Positions 28,545 through 35,995 of a DNA stretch of 64,000 nucleotides are shown here, one piece after another. The position numbers and the translations under genes are program-made. The stretch is from the IMG/VR virus record IMGVR_UViG_3300043449_000492, positions 105,070-169,069 of that record; one strand, written 5' to 3'. The notes under the pieces were generated by a model, which made no database searches, was not told the origin of the DNA, and saw only the letters and a list, made by a program, of their open reading frames with translations. Within the stretch, counting starts at the first letter, position 1. Every line of letters begins with the position of its first letter. This DNA is from a virus.

Positions 28545-29603
28545 ATGTCAAATATTTTTAATCAGCTTTTGGCTGAAACGGATAACGAATACGCTTCCGT
28601 TGTTGACGACGGTGTAGCAGCAGGAGATGTGTCAGGCTTCATTGGCACAGGCTCATATGCTATGAATGCATTGCTCTCTGGCTCGATCTATGGAGGTCTA
28701 GCCCAGAATAAGGTAACAGCACTTGCAGGTGAGCCGTCTGTCGGTAAGACATTCTATGCACTTAATATCGTAAAGCAGTTTCTAGAGGATAACGCAAATG
28801 GATTTGTTTTCTATTTTGAGTCTGAGTCTGCTATTAGTAAGCAGTTTATTACTGATCGTGGTATTGATGCTAAACGTGTGGCTATCGTCCCTGTTGCTAC
28901 GGTGCAGCAGTTTAGAACTCAAGCAGTCAAGATACTGGACAAGTATCTGGAGGGAAAAGAAAAGCCCCCGATGCTGTTCGTCCTCGACTCACTCGGAAAC
29001 TTGTCAACCGACAAAGAAATGAATGACATTGCTGAGGGCAAAGATACTAGAGACATGACCCGAGCCCAGCTAGTTCGTGGTGCGTTTCGTGTTCTTACTC
29101 TTAAGCTTGGCAAGGCTAAAGTACCACTGATTGTTACTAACCATGTTTACGATGTTGTTGGTTCATATGTACCAATGAAGAAGATGGGTGGCGGCTCTGG
29201 ACTAGAGTATGCAGCTTCCACTATTATCTTTCTATCAAAGAAGAAGGATAAGACTCTGGACAATGATGACGGACGAACTGGTGCAGTCATTACAGCACAT
29301 ACCAAGAAGTCTCGTATGACTGTTGAAGACCGTAAGGTAGAAACCTGGCTCAACTATCAAACAGGGTTGGACAAGTATTATGGCTTGCTCGACCTTGCAG
29401 AGCGTTATGGTATCGTCAAGAAGATTGCCAACAAGTATGAGTTTCCTGACGGAACTAAGGCATTTGAGTCGCAAATCAAAAAGAATCCAGAAAAGTTCTT
29501 TACAAGTGATCTATTACATGCTATAAATGAAGGGTGTGAAGCAGACTTTCTTTACGGAAAGTATAGTGTAGAGGAAGAGGAAGATAATGCTCCCACAGCA
29601 TGA
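28545..29603 (+). CDS. uvsX: RecA-like recombinase
   Basis: GEPSVGKT, LDSLGNL, DMTRA, MGGGSG..YAAS. Confidence 0.96.
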   Translation: MSNIFNQLLAETDNEYASVVDDGVAAGDVSGFIGTGSYAMNALLSGSIYGGLAQNKVTALAGEPSVGKTFYALNIVKQFLEDNANGFVFYFESESAISKQFITDRGIDAKRVAIVPVATVQQFRTQAVKILDKYLEGKEKPPMLFVLDSLGNLSTDKEMNDIAEGKDTRDMTRAQLVRGAFRVLTLKLGKAKVPLIVTNHVYDVVGSYVPMKKMGGGSGLEYAASTIIFLSKKKDKTLDNDDGRTGAVITAHTKKSRMTVEDRKVETWLNYQTGLDKYYGLLDLAERYGIVKKIANKYEFPDGTKAFESQIKKNPEKFFTSDLLHAINEGCEADFLYGKYSVEEEEDNAPTA

Positions 29604-30225
29604 GTTCTTTAGAGACAATGGTTTTATGTTAGTTCAAAACGTATTTACTCCAGAGGAATGTTTAGAAGTAACAGAAAGAATGTTTCTAAAGTGCGAACCA
29701 CCAGATTCCATGTGTCCAAAGTCAGAGGGGGCTTATGCCCTCTTTGACGACTATCTCTATAAGAAGAAGGAAATCTTTGAAAGAGCGATTGGATTAGAAT
29801 TGCATCCAACTTACACATATACACGATTATATCGTCCTAATGAACTTCTATGGATGCATGTTGATAGAGAATCTTGTGAGGTTACTGCATCTGTAACTAT
29901 AAGCTTTAAGGGAAACTCAATCTGGCCTATCTACTTTCTAGAAAGACAAAAATCTTTAGAAGTTAGAGACAAGTATATTATGAAAAATATTCAGTATTAT
30001 GAGGTAGATCAAAACGACATTCAGAATCAAATTGCTGTAACTATTGATGCTGGTGATGCAGCGGTGTTTCGAGGAATGGAACTATTTCATTGGCGCAGAG
30101 AATATACTCAAGGCGAATGGCAAATACAAATGTTCTTACACTATGTTGATGCTAATGGTCCTTGTAAGGACTTTAAATGGGACAAGAGAGAACAATTGGG
30201 TATTAAAAAGAAAGGACCTTATTAA
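29587..30225 (+). CDS. 2OG-Fe(II) oxygenase
   Basis: HVDRESCE, GDA..F.G..L.HWR, FLHY. Confidence 0.85.
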   Translation: MLPQHEFFRDNGFMLVQNVFTPEECLEVTERMFLKCEPPDSMCPKSEGAYALFDDYLYKKKEIFERAIGLELHPTYTYTRLYRPNELLWMHVDRESCEVTASVTISFKGNSIWPIYFLERQKSLEVRDKYIMKNIQYYEVDQNDIQNQIAVTIDAGDAAVFRGMELFHWRREYTQGEWQIQMFLHYVDANGPCKDFKWDKREQLGIKKKGPY

Positions 30226-30593
30226 TGGAACCGGGAACTGATTACAAGTTTAGGGATGATATGTTTGACGCTAATCAATCAGAATCTACCGTTCCTATTG
30301 AATTATTGATTGAACCATTCAATGGAGTCATCTATCGTTATACAACGGTAAGATTCAAGTTAGGTGAAGACGATGTTCCTAGACTACAGTATGATTATGA
30401 TATCGTGAAGACGAATGACCTTTCGATGATTACACTAAGAAAGAATCAGAAGTTCAATGATATTCTAGGATTGATTCTTAATGCGATGTTGCTAGACCTG
30501 GGGGATGCGAGTGAAACTACGACTGGAACAAATAATTCTGAAGAACCTAATTCAGAGGGAAGACTTCACGAGGAAGGTCCTACCGTTCCTTAA
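30225..30593 (+). CDS. 40: gp40-like head vertex assembly chaperone
   Basis: position between uvsX and 41; GVIYRY..V.F..L.YDY. Confidence 0.6.
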   Translation: MEPGTDYKFRDDMFDANQSESTVPIELLIEPFNGVIYRYTTVRFKLGEDDVPRLQYDYDIVKTNDLSMITLRKNQKFNDILGLILNAMLLDLGDASETTTGTNNSEEPNSEGRLHEEGPTVP

Positions 30594-31902
30594 AGAGGAG
30601 TATTTTACCAGTCTAGAAGATCGGCTACTTTATAAAGAAGTAGCCGACTTCGTCCTCAAGTATAATCAACAACCAACCTTTGATGCTCTCTCTATTGCGG
30701 TTGATGAAATCCGTGGTGGCACGGATGATACAATCAAGCAAATCCAAGAGACATTAGATGCTCTCAAAAAAGACACAGATTCGACAAATCCAGATTGGCT
30801 TCTAGACACAACCGAAAAGTTTTGTCAGGAGAAGGCAATCTATCTGGCGATCACTGAGTCTTTGGAGATTATGAATGGTAAGGGCAAACTAACTAAGGGA
30901 GCAATCCCTTCTCTTTTGTCAGATGCCTTGTCTATCTCGTTTGATCCTAATGTTGGTCATGATTACTTTGACAATGCAGATAATCGTTATGAGTATTATC
31001 ACCGTGTGCAGGAGAAGCTTCCCTTTGATCTGGAATTTCTTAACAAGATTACAAAGAATGGAGTCCCACGAAAGACGCTTAATGTTGTCATGGCTGGTGT
31101 TGGCGTCGGTAAATCTCTTACTCTTTGTCATCTTTCTGCTGCTTATCTCAATCAAGGTAAAAATGTTCTATACATAACTCTTGAACTTGCAGAGGAAGAA
31201 GTGGCGAAGAGAATCGATGCAAACCTTCTAAATGTAACAATTGACGACCTTTTGGTTCTTCCAAAGGATCTATATGATAAGAAGGTTGGCAACATTCGTA
31301 AGAAGACCGATGGCAAGCTTATCATCAAGGAATATCCAACTACAACTGCATCGACCAATCACTTCAAGAGTCTGCTCAATGAGCTAAGCCTCAAGAAAAG
31401 TTTTGTGCCTGATGTTATCCTGATTGATTATATTAACATCTGTGCTTCTGCAAGAGTGAAGCCTGGAGTTGCTAACTCATATACATACATCAAGGCAATT
31501 GCAGAAGAACTTAGAGGACTTGCAGTTGAATATAATGTCCCACTCTGGACAGCTACACAGCTAACGAGAGGCGGTTACGGTTCGTCTGATCCTGACATGA
31601 CAGATACTGCAGAGTCGTTTGGTCTACCTGCAACTGCGGACTTGTTTCTTGCAGCAATCACCAATGAGCAACTGGAACAACTAAACCAATTGATGTTCAA
31701 GCAGCTAAAGAATCGTTACAATGATCCATCATTAAATAAACGATTCATTATTGGGGTTGACAGATCACGCATGAAGTTGTATGATGTAGAACAATCAGCA
31801 CAAGACATTGTTGACTCCGGGCAAGAGGAAGAAGAAAAGCCAAAGCCTAGATTTGGAAACACATCAACCAGCAATAACAAGTTTAAAGGATTGAAAGTAT
31901 GA
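30505..31902 (+). CDS. 41: replicative helicase
   Basis: AGVGVGKS, KEYPT, IDY, AEELRGLA, TATQ, ESFGLPATAD, LKNRY. Confidence 0.97.
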   Translation: MRVKLRLEQIILKNLIQREDFTRKVLPFLKEEYFTSLEDRLLYKEVADFVLKYNQQPTFDALSIAVDEIRGGTDDTIKQIQETLDALKKDTDSTNPDWLLDTTEKFCQEKAIYLAITESLEIMNGKGKLTKGAIPSLLSDALSISFDPNVGHDYFDNADNRYEYYHRVQEKLPFDLEFLNKITKNGVPRKTLNVVMAGVGVGKSLTLCHLSAAYLNQGKNVLYITLELAEEEVAKRIDANLLNVTIDDLLVLPKDLYDKKVGNIRKKTDGKLIIKEYPTTTASTNHFKSLLNELSLKKSFVPDVILIDYINICASARVKPGVANSYTYIKAIAEELRGLAVEYNVPLWTATQLTRGGYGSSDPDMTDTAESFGLPATADLFLAAITNEQLEQLNQLMFKQLKNRYNDPSLNKRFIIGVDRSRMKLYDVEQSAQDIVDSGQEEEEKPKPRFGNTSTSNNKFKGLKV

Positions 31903-32138
31903 AGCTATATACATATTATCCAGAGTTTGATGAAAACGAAGACGTTAAGTGGCTTGTCAATGAGAAGACAACCGAACAGATTGTTGGTGAATTTTGGTTT
32001 GAGGAAGATGCAACAGAGTTTGCGACGTTTCTGGAACGTGGTGGAGGATTCGCAGGATTTACTCCTGCTTTCATCTTAAAAAAGACACATTCCTATGATA
32101 TCAATGACGCATTCGCTGCGGAGTTCGTGGAGGAATAG
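31899..32138 (+). CDS. hypothetical protein
   Basis: GGGFAGFTPAF; ATGA overlap with 41. Confidence 0.7.
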   Translation: MKLYTYYPEFDENEDVKWLVNEKTTEQIVGEFWFEEDATEFATFLERGGGFAGFTPAFILKKTHSYDINDAFAAEFVEE

Positions 32139-32151
32139 TAGTCAGAGTGCC

Positions 32152-32179
32152 TTGACATTCCTTAGCGACCGTATATAAT
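32152..32179 (+). promoter_or_regulatory. sigma70-type promoter heading the tRNA array
   Basis: TTGACA-N16-TATAAT. Confidence 0.7.
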
Positions 32180-32185
32180 GGAAAC

Positions 32186-32290
32186 ATGATCGAGAAACAA
32201 AACTTTCGCTTGGAAATGTTCAAGTCAATCTTATGGGGATGGCTAACAGGAAACATGATAGGCATGTTGATCTGTTCTATCGCCTTCTAG
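32186..32290 (+). CDS. possible 34 aa membrane peptide
   Basis: MIEKQNFRLEMFKSILWGWLTGNMIGMLICSIAF, ATG near the predicted TSS (leaderless?). Confidence 0.35.
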   Translation: MIEKQNFRLEMFKSILWGWLTGNMIGMLICSIAF

Positions 32291-32298
32291 GAATCAAT

Positions 32299-32375
32299 GG
32301 TCCCGTAGCTCAGCCGGATAGAGCATCTGCCTTCTAAGCAGAGGGTCGCACGTTCGAATCGTGCCGGGATCGCCA
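32299..32375 (+). tRNA. tRNA-Arg(TCT)
   Basis: full cloverleaf, CCA. Confidence 0.95.
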
Positions 32376-32379
32376 ATTT

Positions 32380-32471
32380 GGGGGTGGGTGTTGGTACACA
32401 GGGAGGCCTTATAAGCCTTCTAGCGGCAGATTACCGTTCTCGACAGGGTTCGAATCCTTGCACCCCTACCA
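32380..32471 (+). tRNA. atypical tRNA with TAT anticodon (Ile?) and long V-arm
   Basis: GGGGGTG/CACCCCT-ACCA, GAGGC-CTTATAA-GCCTT, TTCGAAT T-loop. Confidence 0.75.
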
Positions 32472-32501
32472 AAAAAGTGAGAAAAAACGTAAAAATATCG
32501 C

Positions 32502-32530
32502 TTGACATTACTGTTTGTGTGCTATATAAT
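32502..32530 (+). promoter_or_regulatory. sigma70-type promoter
   Basis: TTGACA-N17-TATAAT. Confidence 0.85.
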
Positions 32531-32563
32531 GATGCAACAATGAAACTTCGGAGAGTGCGAACG

Positions 32564-32758
32564 ATGAAGGACGAGAACGTAAAGAGAGAATCCTACTGGA
32601 TAGTCGAAATGGCTCAGGGTGAGAAGGTATTATACCAGAACACCTTTAAGAATTTCGAGTCTGCTTGGACCAAGTATGAGTCCTTCAAAGAGAAGGATAT
32701 AAAGGGTAAGGCTTCTGTCATGTTACAGAGACGTTACAAGGAATACAAGATAGCTTAA
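32564..32758 (+). CDS. hypothetical protein
   Basis: GGAG SD; 3' part of track ORF 32378..32758. Confidence 0.6.
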   Translation: MKDENVKRESYWIVEMAQGEKVLYQNTFKNFESAWTKYESFKEKDIKGKASVMLQRRYKEYKIA

Positions 32759-32899
32759 CTGACATGAAGGACGGTACCCGTATGCGAAACGGGGAGAACA
32801 TTCTGGGTGATCGCACATCTGGCATTAAGTATCCGTTAAACCCTTTGGTAAATGACGGAGCGTTTCTTCTTCTTAATGCGTATAAATGGAGATAGTGAA

Positions 32900-33142
32900 A
32901 TGAAGTATGCAATTATTGGTATCGCTATGTTAGTCTCGGGTGCTGCTTTCGCTGCTCCGTATGGCACTTACCAGAATCCTGTTCAGGATCCGCCGTTCAC
33001 TGGTGATTGGTCCGTTCCAGTTCATCGTGGCTTGTATTGTGTCCAGGGAACTTGGCACTATGGTTGGCTTCGTCCTTGGGAAGGTCAGATGGTTGTGAAG
33101 TCGTCATGTGGAACCGCTGTTTATCAGGTTCCTGTTAACTAA
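32900..33142 (+). CDS. small secreted protein
   Basis: signal peptide MKYAIIGIAMLVSGAAFA. Confidence 0.7.
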   Translation: MKYAIIGIAMLVSGAAFAAPYGTYQNPVQDPPFTGDWSVPVHRGLYCVQGTWHYGWLRPWEGQMVVKSSCGTAVYQVPVN

Positions 33143-33148
33143 TACAAT

Positions 33149-33223
33149 GGGGCATGAGTCGGACGCTAAGGCGCAGGACTGCAAATCCTTGAGAACCCGG
33201 TTGAACTCCGGGATGCCCCTCCA
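33149..33223 (+). tRNA. tRNA-Cys(GCA)
   Basis: cloverleaf, U73, CCA. Confidence 0.85.
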
Positions 33224-33329
33224 TTTCTTTCATAAGTGTTCTCGCCTAGAGAACATGGTTGCAAACTTGCTAGGTCGTTTCTTGGATAAGCTGAAATAGG
33301 CAAAGCGGAGAACACTTATGAAAGAAATG
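33222..33329 (+). ncRNA. putative ncRNA closed by a 22-bp perfect stem
   Basis: CATTTCTTTCATAAGTGTTCTC / GAGAACACTTATGAAAGAAATG. Confidence 0.5.
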
Positions 33330-33334
33330 AACAT

Positions 33335-33410
33335 TTCCCGATAGCTCAGTTGGTAGAGCAAGCGACTGTTAATCGCTGTGTCCCTGGTTCGAGCCCAGGT
33401 CGGGAAGCCA
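33335..33410 (+). tRNA. tRNA-Asn(GTT)
   Basis: cloverleaf, CCA. Confidence 0.95.
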
Positions 33411-33482
33411 ATACTATAGTGGTCTACTGGAATGATGCCACGTCGGATAAGCAAGCAACGGCAAGTTGCTTCACCACTATAT

Positions 33483-33558
33483 GGGTCCATAGCTCAATAG
33501 GTAGAGCAAGGGTCTTTTAAACCCAAGGTTCCGAGTTCAAATCTCGGTGGACCCTCCA
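33483..33558 (+). tRNA. tRNA-Lys(TTT)
   Basis: cloverleaf, CCA. Confidence 0.93.
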
Positions 33559-33559
33559 T

Positions 33560-33635
33560 GCTGGTATAGCTCAGACGGTAGAGCAGTTGCCTCGTAAGCA
33601 TCAGGTCGTGGGTTCGATTCCTGCTACCAGCACCA
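33560..33635 (+). tRNA. tRNA-Thr(CGT)
   Basis: cloverleaf, CCA. Confidence 0.92.
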
Positions 33636-33650
33636 CTTTTATAGAGAGTA

Positions 33651-34190
33651 ATGAGTATAAAGCATAAACATCACATTATACCGAGGCATATGGGCGGAAC
33701 AGATGATTCAACAAACATCGTTGACCTGACGATAGAGGAACATGCCGAAGCGCACAGAATCTTGTATGAGAAATATGGTAATGAGAAAGATAAACTTGCT
33801 TGGCAAGGATTGCTTGGTCTTGTTCCAAAAGCTGATATTATGCAAAGTCTTCATCGATTAGGTAGAGAGAAGGCAGATAACATTATAAAAGAAAAATATG
33901 GAGTATCTAATCCAGGTCAGTTGTTACATAATAGACAAAGAACCTCGGAACAAAATAGAAGACTACATAAAGAAGGTAGAATGTCCGCTCCTGATTGGAC
34001 GGGCAAAAAACATAGAGAAGAAACGAAACGATTGATTGGAGCGAAAAACTCAGTGATACAATCGGGGAGTGGAAACTCACAGTTCGGTACTATGTGGATA
34101 ACAGATGGCAAACAGAGTAAAAAGATAAAAAGAGTAGATGCTATACCCGAAGGATGGTATAGAGGTAGAGTTATTGCGGACGTGGTATAG
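33651..34190 (+). mobile_element. free-standing HNH homing endonuclease
   Basis: [13 protein letters not shown]...N...LT.EEH..AH; NUMOD3-like [12 protein letters not shown]. Confidence 0.85.
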
Positions 34191-34251
34191 ATAGATGTGC
34201 CCTAGACTTCCAATCTAGAGAGGACCAGAGCGTTACTGGCCGTCCGCTCCA
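34176..34251 (+). tRNA. tRNA-Gly(TCC), non-canonical D/T loops
   Basis: GCGGACG/CGTCCGC-TCCA; CTAGA-CTTCCAA-TCTAG. Confidence 0.8.
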
Positions 34252-34463
34252 ATAACCATCATAGGAGTTGAACGCCCTATGGTCACTATATATTCTCTGA
34301 GTTGTCGAGGTATATAGACATGAGTATCTGGCTACTCGGAGGTCCAGAAGACAACTCGTCTTATCAGTTCAATAATCTGCCACAACGAAATAGTGGCTGG
34401 GAGATAGTAGTAACTCCCGACGAGTTCGTCCATGGGGCCGACGTTAAATGTCCCCACCAGTTT

Positions 34464-34538
34464 AGCGGGTGGGTGGTTTAGTATCACAGGTGCCTCATAC
34501 GCACCTAGAAGTGGGGGCAGATCCCACACCCGCTTCCA
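34464..34538 (+). tRNA. tRNA-Met/Ile2(CAT), non-canonical T loop
   Basis: AGCGGGT/ACCCGCT-TCCA; GGTGC-CTCATAC-GCACC. Confidence 0.75.
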
Positions 34539-34550
34539 ATAACCGTGCTT

Positions 34551-34642
34551 GGCCCGTCACGGCATATAAATCTTTCGGGGGTCAACATTAGGGGTTCGCC
34601 TTCCATCGTGAGCGCCTTGTGTCAATGGCTAACGGGCCGCCA
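34551..34642 (+). ncRNA. tRNA-like RNA with acceptor stem and CCA but no cloverleaf
   Basis: GGCCCGT/ACGGGCC-G-CCA. Confidence 0.55.
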
Positions 34643-34646
34643 GTTT

Positions 34647-34720
34647 ATCGGTGTGGTGTAATGGTAGCACAAGGGTCTCCAAAACTCTTAGTTGGGGTTC
34701 GAATCCTCACTCCGGTGCCA
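34647..34720 (+). tRNA. tRNA-Trp(CCA)
   Basis: cloverleaf with one acceptor mismatch, CCA. Confidence 0.88.
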
Positions 34721-34721
34721 G

Positions 34722-34824
34722 TATTATAATGTGAGTGGATAACTATCAGGACGCTGCCGTTGAAGTGGGATATCGGGTTGATCGCCGAGAAGACATGGAG
34801 GGGTTATCCACTCTCATTATAATA
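34722..34824 (+). ncRNA. putative ncRNA closed by a 22-nt stem (1 mismatch)
   Basis: TATTATAATGTGAGTGGATAAC / GTTATCCACTCTCATTATAATA. Confidence 0.5.
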
Positions 34825-34827
34825 TAT

Positions 34828-34905
34828 CGGGGTGTAGCGCAGTCTGGTTAGCGTGGCTGATTTGGAGTCAGTAGGTCGCAGGTTCGAATCCTGCTACCCC
34901 GACCA
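34828..34905 (+). tRNA. tRNA-Pro(TGG)
   Basis: cloverleaf, CCA. Confidence 0.95.
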
Positions 34906-34923
34906 ACAGAAGAGGATAATTAA

Positions 34924-35109
34924 ATGTTTGAGATTACAGAACAGACAAAGGTCGCAGCAGTGGAAGCAATGCGTGAAGCACTTCTATCAGGTGTAAATGA
35001 AGACGTTCTTAAGAGCGTTTTGGCAGGACATGAAGCTGACTTTGATGCTCGTCTTGGTGCTGCTTTCGATGCTGCTGTTGTTTGTGTTAAGGCACAGTTC
35101 GGCATGTAA
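34924..35109 (+). CDS. hypothetical protein
   Basis: GAGGA SD; sits between tRNAs. Confidence 0.65.
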   Translation: MFEITEQTKVAAVEAMREALLSGVNEDVLKSVLAGHEADFDARLGAAFDAAVVCVKAQFGM

Positions 35110-35118
35110 TGATTATGT

Positions 35119-35204
35119 GGATCGTGGGCAGGATGGTAATGCAGCGGTTTGCTAAACCGTAGAACCGCAAGGTTCAATTGGTTCGACTCCAATACGATCC
35201 GCCA
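35119..35204 (+). tRNA. tRNA-Ser(GCT)
   Basis: V-arm, G73, CCA. Confidence 0.92.
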
Positions 35205-35288
35205 GGAGGATAGCGTTCATGGTGAGCGAAGCGTCTTGAAAACGCTGCCCCCGAAAGGGTGATGGTTCGATTCCTTTATCCTCCGCCA
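35205..35288 (+). tRNA. tRNA-Ser(TGA)
   Basis: V-arm, G73, CCA. Confidence 0.88.
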
Positions 35289-35538
35289 AAGATTAGGTCA
35301 AAAGAATGCTAAAGTTACTACTTGTGTTATGGATATCAATAGGGATTTTAGCATTTCTCTTGAGCCTAGGAGATAGATAGATGTAGCATGTATAGCAGGG
35401 CCTCCAAGCCTAGACATGCCTGACCGAAGCACAGCCACCTTGATTGATCGTCTATGGGTGCGTCGAGGCCTAGGAAGGTGGGGCATACGATCTGACCCTT
35501 AGAAGGAGTAGCGCCCTTCCTCTATCTTATAAGTTTAT

Positions 35539-35614
35539 GGATCCTTAGCTCAGTTGGTAGAGCGTCTGCTTTACACGCAGAATGTCGGCAGTTCGAACCT
35601 GTCAGGATCTACCA
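35539..35614 (+). tRNA. tRNA-Val(TAC)
   Basis: cloverleaf, CCA. Confidence 0.95.
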
Positions 35615-35618
35615 ATAT

Positions 35619-35695
35619 GCCCTTCTAGCCCAACTGGCAGAGGCGTCAGTCTTAGGAACTGAAGGTTCTCCGTTCGAATCGGAGGAGGGGCACCA
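35619..35695 (+). tRNA. tRNA-Leu(TAG), short variable loop
   Basis: TCAGT-CTTAGGA-ACTGA; 77 nt. Confidence 0.9.
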
Positions 35696-35696
35696 A

Positions 35697-35772
35697 GGCC
35701 TTGTAGCTCAATCGGGAGAGCGCCAGCTTGTCACGCTGGAGGTAGTCGGATCGAAACCGATCAAGGTCGCCA
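35697..35772 (+). tRNA. tRNA-Asp(GTC)
   Basis: cloverleaf, CCA. Confidence 0.92.
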
Positions 35773-35848
35773 GGGGGATTAGCTCAGTTGGGAGAGCGTC
35801 TGATTTGCATTCAGAAGGTCATCGGTTCGATCCCGGTATCCTCCACCA
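35773..35848 (+). tRNA. tRNA-Ala(TGC)
   Basis: cloverleaf, G3-U70, CCA. Confidence 0.95.
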
Positions 35849-35854
35849 GTTTAT

Positions 35855-35929
35855 AGACCTGTAGCTCAGAGGCAGAGCAGAGGACTCTTAATCCTCGTGT
35901 CGGGATTTCAAAATTCCCCAGGTCTACCA
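35855..35929 (+). tRNA. tRNA-Lys(CTT)
   Basis: cloverleaf, CCA. Confidence 0.9.
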
Positions 35930-35934
35930 ATAAC

Positions 35935-35991
35935 GGGCAAGTGCCAGGGGCATTCTAGATAGATGGGGTTCGAGTCCCCTCTTGTCCACCA
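35935..35991 (+). ncRNA. 57-nt anticodon-less tRNA-like RNA with Ala identity
   Basis: GGGCAAG/CTTGTCC-A-CCA (G3-U70); T arm GGGG-TTCGAGT-CCCC. Confidence 0.65.
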
Positions 35992-35995
35992 TTTC

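Noticed and set aside
24319-31902. Introns or inteins in 43, uvsX, 41 (also thyX, nrdJ)
   Set aside because: ORFs are uninterrupted and of ordinary length.
34256-34459. Bona fide tmRNA (GGGGCCGA and CCACCA present)
   Set aside because: No G3-U70 acceptor, canonical T arm or tag ORF could be assigned; kept only as an unknown ncRNA.
35935-35991. Amber suppressor reading of TTCTAGA in the mini RNA
   Set aside because: No 5-bp stem flanks that heptamer, so it is not an anticodon arm.
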